Shown: piece after piece, positions 1 through 8,200 of the stretch
Layout of the letters: every line of letters begins with the position of its first letter
Numbering within the stretch: the stretch's first letter is position 1
Source of the DNA: Thainema sp.
GTDB taxonomy: Bacteria; Cyanobacteriota; Cyanobacteriia; Phormidesmidales; Phormidesmidaceae
Length of the DNA stretch: 22,788 bases
Assembly: GCA_052168235.1 (NCBI GenBank)
Contig: JBQLZK010000087.1
Span: 1-22,788 of the forward strand
Direction of reading: 5' to 3'
Notes under the pieces: model-generated
Told to the model about the DNA's origin: nothing
Database searches by the model: none
What the model saw: the letters and a program-made list of their open reading frames with translations, nothing else
Program-made: the position numbers and the translations under genes

Positions 1-910
1 CCAGATGGATGTAGTGCCTGATTTCTTTTAGGTCAACACCCAGGAACAGCGATGGCCGCTTAGGGACGGGAATATCGTCAATCTCGTCTGCCAGCTTCCG
101 TAGCTCCCGATCGGGACGAGCCAGCGACAGGGATAGAAAACCATGCTCGTTGTCCGACATGGGCAGTTTGGGCAGGTGCAACGATGCCTGGACGATCGAC
201 GGGGTTCGGTCGATGGCTTCGGGTAGTTTCTTGGGATCTCGCATCTCCAGAATGAACTGGATAAACGATGGGCCTTTGAAACAGGTCACATAGTCGGCGT
301 AGTAATTCGCCTTGTGAATCGCCTTCAGCGTCGCCTGCAAAAGTCCATGCACGGTTGGATCGTCGGGTGGATTCGGTATCCGTGGCTCCGACGTATCGTT
401 TTCACGCGATACAGGTTGAGCGGGTAAGGCTTCCAGCTGTGGAGCACCCAGCGCTTTCAATTCAGCCACGTCAATGCCGAGAATGGCGGCGATTTCCTCA
501 TCACCCTTTTCTTCAGCTCGCAGGTTCTCCACCACTTGAGCAATCTTGAGCATTTCAGAACTGGCCAGCAGTTGCCGTTGGAGTTCTTCCTGCTCTCGAA
601 CGGCTCGCAGTCGCAGTTCATGATTGAGCTGGCGCAACAGTTCACGCTCATCTTTTTCGGCTGTTTTGCTGGTTTGGTATGCCTTACCGAAACCTGCGAT
701 CGCAATCATAATCCCTGCCATCTTTGACCAAGAATCCGGCGCGTAAATGGCGCTGATTTGGGCGCGGTTGGTGATGGCCCAGTGTGGGAGCCGTTGACCG
801 TTGGGGGTGAGTACCGTTGGATCGAGCCGTCCCCATGAGGCAATCAGCAGACCAAACACTCCAGCGGCTTGATAAATCAGGATAGATTGTCGGTGGATTG
901 AGAAGTCCAT
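1..910 (-). CDS. FtsK/SpoIIIE-family DNA translocase (TraB/TcpA-like), N-terminal part; runs off the window start
   Basis: Not in the ORF track; translated by hand. Open from ATG at 910 (alternative 931) to base 1. It reads MDFSIHRQSILIYQAAGVFGLLIASWG (hydrophobic), a second hydrophobic stretch, a coiled coil, then FtsK-alpha-like TCFKGPSFIQFILE...SLARPDRE...LFLGVDLKEIRHYIHL. Confidence 0.85.
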   Translation of the reverse strand, partial: MDFSIHRQSILIYQAAGVFGLLIASWGRLDPTVLTPNGQRLPHWAITNRAQISAIYAPDSWSKMAGIMIAIAGFGKAYQTSKTAEKDERELLRQLNHELRLRAVREQEELQRQLLASSEMLKIAQVVENLRAEEKGDEEIAAILGIDVAELKALGAPQLEALPAQPVSRENDTSEPRIPNPPDDPTVHGLLQATLKAIHKANYYADYVTCFKGPSFIQFILEMRDPKKLPEAIDRTPSIVQASLHLPKLPMSDNEHGFLSLSLARPDRELRKLADEIDDIPVPKRPSLFLGVDLKEIRHYIHL

Positions 911-1446
911 TGGTTCAGATACGCTTGCCATGCAGCGTCATAGGCTTGCTCGGAATTGGTCTGCTGCGATTCGACCTGGGATTGTTGCTGAGCTTTGGGC
1001 TGTCGAACGTTGAAGAACACTCGAAACAGGCCAGCACTCAATACAAACCCAATCGCAACGATGAAGAATTTCCAAATGGGGCTGCCCTGGTAATAGAACA
1101 GGCCCAGCAGTAAATCCCAACTGGCCAGCAGCGTGGCAATGACCACTCCAAAGGCTGTAATGCCGACCAACGTGAATAAGTTGGGATGACCTGCGATCGC
1201 AACGTAGAAACAGGCCAAAAGACCAGCCCCGGCAAGGATTCCATAGATAAAAGCGAAGTCAGGCAGGAGCCGAGCCAGGAACGTGAGAAACATCCAACTG
1301 CCGATCAGCAGACCAAACATTGAACCCGCTCGGTTGATCGTGTGGTAGTTCCAGGTGGGAACTTCAGGATGGGGCGTAGTTGCGATCGCAGATTCTTGCA
1401 GCGCTCGCAGGCGCTCTAATTCAGGATCGTGTTGCTGTGCATACAT
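877..1446 (-). CDS. Multi-pass membrane protein (~189 aa, about 4 TM segments) in the FtsK cluster
   Basis: Re-started at ATG 1446 (MYAQQHD), which has an AGGAG RBS at 1454-1458. Four hydrophobic segments; overlaps the FtsK start. Confidence 0.8.
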   Translation of the reverse strand: MYAQQHDPELERLRALQESAIATTPHPEVPTWNYHTINRAGSMFGLLIGSWMFLTFLARLLPDFAFIYGILAGAGLLACFYVAIAGHPNLFTLVGITAFGVVIATLLASWDLLLGLFYYQGSPIWKFFIVAIGFVLSAGLFRVFFNVRQPKAQQQSQVESQQTNSEQAYDAAWQAYLNQWTSQSTDNLS

Positions 1447-1456
1447 AAGCAATCTC

Positions 1457-1729
1457 CTAAAGCCGACGGCGGAGCGCGTTGATTTTTGCCTGGTAGCGAG
1501 CGGTGATTTGGTTTCGTTCTGATTGCCCCTGCTGTGCAATCGCACTTAGCTCAGATTCGGTTCGTGCAGCGGTTTGCTGTGATGATTTCAGGTAGTTGGC
1601 GCTTTGGGCGTTTGCTCGGTCTAAATAGCCATTTACCCGAGATGAACCTCTCTCAACACTTTGGGCCAAGCTGCGTTTCATGGATTCAAGCTGCGCTTGC
1701 AGGTGGGCAATCTCTTGGGATTTCTCCAT
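1457..1729 (-). CDS. 90-aa coiled-coil hypothetical protein, paralog of the upstream gene
   Basis: GGAGG RBS and tight operon spacing. Shares LSAIAxQGQxERxxxTxRYQxK with 1743..2411. Confidence 0.8.
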   Translation of the reverse strand: MEKSQEIAHLQAQLESMKRSLAQSVERGSSRVNGYLDRANAQSANYLKSSQQTAARTESELSAIAQQGQSERNQITARYQAKINALRRRL

Positions 1730-1742
1730 CGGTAAAGCCTCC

Positions 1743-2411
1743 TCAAGAAACCAGATTCAAGATGCGCTGGAATGGGCCTCTTGATCGCCCAGTCCCAGGC
1801 GTATAGTCATCGGCTCGGATGTAGCGCTTCAGTGCGATTTCTTCCTGCTTCTGCTGTTCCTTAGCAGCGGCTTTCTGCCGTGCATCGTCCAGCTTCATCT
1901 GGGTTTCCTTACCCATGTTGGTTCCCATCTGCTGAAGCTTACTGGCCTGCAACTGGCGGGCCTGTTGCGCTTTCAGTTGGTATCGGGTTGTCAGTGTGTC
2001 GCGTTCCATCTGGCCTTGTTCTGCGATCGCAGATAGGCCCAATTGAGTTGCGTGGGCAGTAGTTTGCAGATGTTGCATGTACTGGCCGGTTTGCAACTGG
2101 GCACGGCTGACCAGGTTATCGACGGCTTTGGCACCTTCAAGACCTTTAGCCAGCAGGTCGGTACGCAGCTCTTCAATCGTGACTTTGGACTTAATCACGT
2201 CCTCTGAGGCCGTCTTGTACTGTTTGGCCAGCACAACCTGCTGACGCAGATCTTTGGCCAGTTGGGACTGGGCGCGAACTTCGGACGGGGTAAGGCGACC
2301 CAGCTTGTTGATATCAACGCGAAATTCGTCATTGACGCGGGCGGCTCCATTAGACGAGATACCCGTTTGTCCAACGCGCCAATTCATTTGAGGGGGTGCG
2401 GCTGTTGCCAT
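1743..2411 (-). CDS. 222-aa Gln/Ala-rich coiled-coil protein, first gene of the leftward FtsK operon
   Basis: Long ORF with a GAGGA RBS and heptad-like composition. Confidence 0.8.
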   Translation of the reverse strand: MATAAPPQMNWRVGQTGISSNGAARVNDEFRVDINKLGRLTPSEVRAQSQLAKDLRQQVVLAKQYKTASEDVIKSKVTIEELRTDLLAKGLEGAKAVDNLVSRAQLQTGQYMQHLQTTAHATQLGLSAIAEQGQMERDTLTTRYQLKAQQARQLQASKLQQMGTNMGKETQMKLDDARQKAAAKEQQKQEEIALKRYIRADDYTPGTGRSRGPFQRILNLVS

Positions 2412-2583
2412 AAACTCAGTTCCTCATGTAGCGAATTAAGCAAAAGATGCAATGTTTGCAATCTCTGCTAGGATGTTAGCATATTTTTAGTAGCTGACAA
2501 GCTAATAATCAGTAGCTCAACAAAACGAAAAGCTGCAATCTAGCTACTAATCCGCGCAAATCCGTAGTATTAAAGGAGTGGTA
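2412..2583. promoter_or_regulatory. Divergent promoter region with AGTAGCT direct and inverted boxes (putative RHH operator)
   Basis: tagtagctga 2488-2497, cagtagctca 2510-2519 and inverted tagctacta 2541-2549 lie in an AT-rich gap between divergent genes. Confidence 0.5.
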
Positions 2584-2955
2584 ATGGTTTTGAAAGTGAG
2601 CAAACGGGTATTCCTCACACTTCCAGATGCGATCGCGGATGCGCTGGAGCGATGGGCTGAAAAAGATGGAGGTAAAGCAGCAACGCTGGCTGGATTCTTA
2701 GTGGAGCGCGAGGTTCGAGCTGCATTGAAAACCGGGGAAATTCCGCCAGAAACGCCGAACTACGAATCTATTCAGCAGTTGGTACTAGCAAATCACGATA
2801 AGCTTCTGGAATCTGGCAGGTTTTCGGATTCGCGGCTAAAAGAGCTCGAATCTGGGGATACCCCTTCAGAGGTTGAAATAGTACGCTTAGCGCTACTGCT
2901 GGGCTTATCCGAAGAATATGTGATGAATCTGCTACCCAGAAACAGTAAGAAGTGA
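2584..2955 (+). CDS. CopG/Arc-like ribbon-helix-helix regulator with a C-terminal helical (HTH-like) extension
   Basis: SKRVFLTLPDAIADALERWAEKDGGKAATLAGFLVE is a typical cyanobacterial RHH pattern. AAGGAG RBS at about 2573-2578. Confidence 0.75.
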   Translation: MVLKVSKRVFLTLPDAIADALERWAEKDGGKAATLAGFLVEREVRAALKTGEIPPETPNYESIQQLVLANHDKLLESGRFSDSRLKELESGDTPSEVEIVRLALLLGLSEEYVMNLLPRNSKK

Positions 2956-2968
2956 GGCGCGATCGCAG

Positions 2969-3550
2969 ATGAGCAACGGAGACACAGTTAAAGCTCAACC
3001 CGCAGCGCTACAAATCGGTGAGCTAGCCATTGAGGGGTATATGCTGCCCGATGGAAGTTACCGGATGTCGCAAACTCAGGTTGCCGAGTGCATTGGCTTG
3101 AGCGAAAGAAACGCCCGCGATTTTTTGCGCTCAAAAGCCGTCAAGTCTTTACTGGGAGAGGGTTATACGCCCGCGATTTCTCAGATAGAAGTTGAATCAG
3201 AAGCACAAACCAGAGGGCAAACCCGATTTAATGCACTGCCGCTAGAGGCTGTGTGTGCCTATTGGCAATGGCAGGCTTTCCGAGGGAACAAAACTGCTCT
3301 CGGTTTGTGCATGGCGTTGATGCTGGAATCTCTAGAGCGTCGCTTTGATGCAGCCTTCAACGTTGACCGCTCTGAAGCTGATTACAATCAGCGCGTAAGT
3401 GAACGGATAGAGCAACTAGAGCAGACTTTTGGTGATGCCTATGCCTTTGCCGACGATGCGGCAAAAGAACGTGATGAATTTCTCCGGCTGCTACAGGAGA
3501 ACGGCATTGACCCCTATGGCATCCCAGGTGAGGAGGAATCACAAAGTTGA
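2969..3550 (+). CDS. P63C/antirepressor-like DNA-binding protein with a C-terminal coiled coil
   Basis: N-terminal LQIGELAIEGYMLPDGSYRMSQTQVAECIG resembles the N-domain of P63C-associated phage proteins. Confidence 0.6.
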   Translation: MSNGDTVKAQPAALQIGELAIEGYMLPDGSYRMSQTQVAECIGLSERNARDFLRSKAVKSLLGEGYTPAISQIEVESEAQTRGQTRFNALPLEAVCAYWQWQAFRGNKTALGLCMALMLESLERRFDAAFNVDRSEADYNQRVSERIEQLEQTFGDAYAFADDAAKERDEFLRLLQENGIDPYGIPGEEESQS

Positions 3551-3940
3551 TGAAGCTTGCGAGTTGCGATCGCACCCCCAGGGATTTTGGGGTATTAGCG
3601 TAAAATAATCTCAATCGAGATTCTGGCCAAACCTAAACGCAACGAAAGGGGGCCAGCTAAAGTTTGACCAACCACTTCAGGAGGTGAATGACATGGGTGA
3701 GTAATAAGAATCAAATCAAGAAAGTCGAAAGCCCCAGTTGTGGGGACAACTGAGGCTCAAAAAGACTTTCGATTCAATTTATGGTTTCAAGCGGAACCTA
3801 ACGTGTGCTTTGGCGGGCCGACGTTAGGACTCCACAGAGTTGTGCGCCTTTTTGCGCTTCTGGCAATAAGAGTAACACAGGAACCATCCGAGTGGGCAAC
3901 GACATTCAGCGACCTGGAGCGTAATCCCGCAAGAAATTAA

Positions 3941-4170
3941 TCACAACATTGTGATCCAATCGTTTGGATCGTTGATAGTTCGCTGATAGTGAATTTTTTG
4001 AAAATAAATTAGCTAGTAGTTAATTTATCAACGCCAAACGCTGATTTATTGACAAGGATATAATGCCTGTCTATCAATCGCTTGACACATTCGCTTGACG
4101 CATTTTGCGAGCAACACATTGCCACACTTTTCCACACTTTTCCCCAAGCTTATTGAGTAAGAAATACTCA
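3941..4170. repeat. AT-rich region with tandem repeats and a DnaA box; candidate origin or control region
   Basis: TCACAA-ca-TTGTGA palindrome 3941-3954. 11-bp tandem tcg(t/c)tgatagt 3969-3990. 13-bp tandem tcgcttgac(a/g)cat 4078-4103. 10-bp tandem ccacactttt 4122-4141, which contains TTTTCCACA at 4128-4136. Confidence 0.55.
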
Positions 4171-4424
4171 AAGCGACTTTCTATCAGAAATTGCTGCGAT
4201 CGCTTAGCGTAGGAGTTTCGGAGATTTAGCCAATGGATTTGAATCAGATTTGATTCAGCTCAGCTCATAAAATTTCTGGTGCTGGGTTTACCGCTATTTT
4301 GAAAGTAGTTTTTTTTGCCAGACCTGTGCACAAAAACAAAAGTTGCACATATAATCGGGATAGGTGCGATCGCACTGTGTTCTGGAGGCGTAATGCCCAA
4401 AGGGGATGAGGTTATGCAGTATCC

Positions 4425-4637
4425 ATGCCCAAAACAAAACGAGCAATTGAACAAATGGCTAATCAATCTGAAGCGTTTGGAATCCGTGTCTCTCGTGAAT
4501 GCTGGACTGCATTAGCCAGCCTGCAATCGCAGCGGGGCGATATCCCGCGCAATCGGTTGATCAATGAAGTGCTAGCGCGTGGGCTGGAAACGTATCCCGA
4601 ACTAAAGCCTGATAAAGTGAAAGCCTCAGTCGGTTAG
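4425..4637 (+). CDS. Small RHH (CopG/Arc-like) protein upstream of rep; start may be 4455
   Basis: SEAFGIRVSRECWTALASLQSQRGDIPRNRLINEVLARGL has a strand-helix-helix pattern. Confidence 0.6.
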   Translation: MPKTKRAIEQMANQSEAFGIRVSRECWTALASLQSQRGDIPRNRLINEVLARGLETYPELKPDKVKASVG

Positions 4638-4676
4638 GTGGTGGTACACCTGATTGACTGAGGCTTTCGGTTTTTC
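4620..4676 (+). terminator. 21-bp RNA hairpin with a U-tract (terminator or attenuator upstream of rep)
   Basis: aaagcctcagtcggttaggtg pairs with cacctgattgactgaggcttt, with three G-U pairs valid only on the + strand. It is followed by cggtttttt. Confidence 0.7.
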
Positions 4677-4755
4677 CTGTACATCCTAAATCGCCATCTC
4701 GCCAAAGTTGATCGATTTAGGGCATTGGCACCGTTTTAACGGTGTGCACATATCT

Positions 4756-5247
4756 ATGTTAGACAATTTACCTTATGTGAGTCACCTGCGCGAGGGTGAT
4801 AGCTGTTTATCAGATCAGGATTTCTTAACTAGCAATTCTTGCCCTCATCATAGCAAAAATGCCCCCCCAGGGCATAGGGTAGCAACCCCTCAGCGGGTAA
4901 AGGATTGCACGGCATACCCCCCAGGGGGATTAAGCAAGCACTTCACAATTGCTGATTATCGACGCTTAGAGAAGATTGCTGCGCCTGAGCCTTTCGAGGG
5001 TTGGCTGAAGGTTTTTGAAGTGGCAGAGCTCGATCGCATTGGCGACCAGCGGCGATGGAAGCTGTCTGTCTGGTGCGAGTCTGAGGGCTGCTATCGGGTG
5101 ATTGCTGGCCAATTCTTCAAGCCGGAAATCGATTGGATCAAGGATAGGTATCGAGAAACTAGGGATAAAGGGCGGTTTGCCTTAGCGATTGAGGTGTGGC
5201 TCCAGCGTGCGATCGAAGTTTGCACCTCTCAGGAGGTGGCAGCATGA
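4756..5247 (+). CDS. Hypothetical protein translationally coupled to rep
   Basis: Its stop TGA overlaps the rep ATG (ATGA 5244-5247). The start is uncertain (4708 or 4756). Confidence 0.6.
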   Translation: MLDNLPYVSHLREGDSCLSDQDFLTSNSCPHHSKNAPPGHRVATPQRVKDCTAYPPGGLSKHFTIADYRRLEKIAAPEPFEGWLKVFEVAELDRIGDQRRWKLSVWCESEGCYRVIAGQFFKPEIDWIKDRYRETRDKGRFALAIEVWLQRAIEVCTSQEVAA

Positions 5248-8200
5248 GCGCGATAGCACCTCAACTGAACCAAGCATTAACTGGCCTCGATGCTTTTGAG
5301 GCGTTCTGCCAAGCCGTAGGCATCACTGAAGGGACTGAATTTCTGTGCGCCTACGGTGAGGAAAACAAGCTTACCCTGAAGGCTCGAAAGCTCGAAAAGG
5401 GCTTAGTTGCTTGGCAGGTATACAAGAAAAATAATTATCAAGGGCGGGGCTTTGGCAAGCTTTACCGATATGAGGATTTGCGGGAGCTGGCCAAAATCCA
5501 GAACCTATTCTTTATCCCAAACCTGACAACTAAGGGCAGATCAAACGCCTGCGTCGATACACCTGCTAGATATCTCTATGCCGAAATCGATGATTTGGCG
5601 ATTGCTGAGCAACGGCAAAAATGGGGCGATTTCTACCAGCGGTCTGGACTGAAACCACTGGCTCAGGTTCACACAGGCAACAAATCCGACCATCACTATA
5701 TCGGCGTTGAACCCGATTCTATTGAGGAGTGGGGATACCTCCAGAAGTGGCTTTGTGCCTTGATGGATGCTGACCCAGCACCGACCAGCCCACACCAGCC
5801 GATGCGGATGGCTGGTTTCCCTCGGATCAAAAACGATACTGAGCGGGAAGTATCGTTGCTAGAAAGCAATCCCGCCACTTATTACACCAGCGAGGAAATT
5901 AGAGCAGCCTTTGAGAAGGCTTGGCCATATTCAGAACCGTTTTCTCTGGAGCGATGGGAAAAATATCGGAGTGCGGTTGCGATCGCAACCAATCCAAACA
6001 TTGATAACAGCCGCATGGCTCCAATGTCTGAGCCTGCTGACGCTTTCAGGCTATCGGATGGCGAACTATTCCCCAAAGGCAAAACTAAGGCCAAGAATCG
6101 GCAGAAAGGCGAGAGTACAGCCACATACACCAGTGGCCAAAAATCTGACGGCGGCTTTCTGGATGAGTTAATCAACCCTCTGCTAGATCTACCTTTAGAA
6201 TCTCAATATTCACTTGGGAACTACGATCATCAGTTTCAAGCTAAAGCACCCGGTTTAGTAGGCTGTAGCCCCTGGAGTCCGACAAACGAAAGCGGAGAAT
6301 CATTCAAGGTTTTCACCAGCAACGGCGGTTGGTTTTGCCATGCCTCACAGCAAGGCGGCGGTTTGTTGCAATACCTGCAACTGCAATGGATCGGCAAGCT
6401 TTGGGGCGAAATGGAGCCGGACGAGCGGAAAACGTTTGTCCGTAAGCTTGAAAAAAATAGCTATTGGACAGCATTCGCCAACCAATCAGGGATTGAACTG
6501 GACTATAGCCAGAGTGAATCACACTGGCGATCGCAGATTGAATCAGCACTTGCTGCACAGCAGATGCTATCTGGCCCCGTAGAGGTTGGCACTTTTCCAG
6601 AGTTGGAGATTGGGCCTAATCCTCAGCTTTTCGTACTCGACGGGCAAAAAGGCACTCGCAAAACGAGCAAATCCATTAAATCCCTGATTGCAGATTGCAA
6701 GAAAAAGGGACTGCGAGCTGTCGTATTCTCGCCGACTCGGCTACTCAATAAATCCGAAAAACGCACTCTGGGACTCCCGACGATTGACGAGGTGAAGCTA
6801 TCTCAGCGGGATAAGGTGCCGTTTGTTATCGCTTGCCCTGAATCGGCTCATAAGCTTTCTTTGCTTGATTTTGACCTGGTGATTATCGATGAAGCGAATG
6901 AGGTTGTCGAGCGAATCTTAGAGGGCAATTTAGGCAATCAGCCAGCCAATTCACGGCGGCAATTCAAGCGGCTTCTGAACGCGGCAAAAACAGTCGCGAT
7001 CGCGAATGACATGCTCTATAAATCGACCCTGAATTACGTTCAGCGGGTGGGTCGATTCAGTGCCGATGAAGTCACCGTCATTCGGCGGCGGCGGCCACAA
7101 ACGAAGATGAAGATCAATCTTTACGTGGACAACGGCGCAAGCGCTGAGCGGTGGGACGGTACAGATTCAGATCAGCCGAAGCAAAACACGGCTTTCCTGG
7201 ATTGGACACATAACTTAATGCGCAGTTTCAGTGATAAGTACGAATCGGTCAGTATCCCTTGCGGCTCGCAGAAGCGGGCGAGAGAGCTCGATAGGCTCCT
7301 CTCTCCCCACGCAGGCCCATGGTCGAACGTTCGCTGCATCGACGGGCAATATACCCCTAAGCCAGTCAAGGAAGCACTCGCAGCAGATCCGGACGGATGG
7401 CTGAAGCGAGAGCGGATTGGGGCGATGATTTTCACGCCAACTTTCAACAGTGGTGTGAGCTTTGAATCTGACCACTTTAGGCGGCAGTTCGAGTGTCAAA
7501 CCGCCTTTGAGACGGCTTCAGCCGCATCACAGCGAGGGGAACGGGTACGCGATGCCATTTGGGGCAAGCGCATCCGTGAACGGCACATTTACACCTCTCG
7601 CAGGGGATTGGCCAAGTATCCCGATACCGGCATTTTCTTTCCCGAATATTGGGCGAAATTTCTCAAGGCCGACCTAGCGGAGCGATCGCACAAAATCGAA
7701 GAAGAAACCGCGTCTACCCTTGGGGCTGCGGAAATTTTCAAAGGTGTTCGGGATATTAAGCTCGACGATTTCAGCGACATTCAGGAATTACCCGAATTTC
7801 TAGCCATTCGCGCCAGAGAAATCCATTTCAAAATTGAAGCCCTTTCGCGAGAATGGACTTCAAACGGTTGGGAGATTTGCTCTGGCTGCTTCGCGACGGA
7901 AGATGAGCGGGATGAGATCCGCAAGCGATACCAACGAGTACAGCAGGGCATTATCGAGCAAAAATCTCGGATTGGGGCAAAGGCTAAGCCTGCTGCGGTG
8001 TGGCAGGGTGTAGAGCCAGAAGGCCCGATCCATGCCGCGAAAATTCACAAGGCCCAGCTTTTTGATAAGCTGGGCGGTTTTAAGCGGCTGTGGGAAGCGA
8101 AATGGCTCGAAGCTTGGGATGTTGCGTCAGGCAATAAAAGCCTTGATCAAATCCAATTGCGGGCACTGCTGCAAACCGCGCAAACCGCACCCGACGAATT

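Noticed and set aside
1457..2411. Type VII secretion system
   Set aside because: There is no WXG motif and the ATPase has one FtsK domain rather than three.
3740..4515. Short ORFs 3740..3940, 4260..4466 and 4315..4515
   Set aside because: They have no RBS or motif and lie in a repeat-rich regulatory region.
5196..5243. Longer ORF-track starts (also 1545, 9619, 11139, 15155, 17472, 18498, 21914)
   Set aside because: Downstream ATGs have a better RBS or stop-start coupling and avoid long overlaps.
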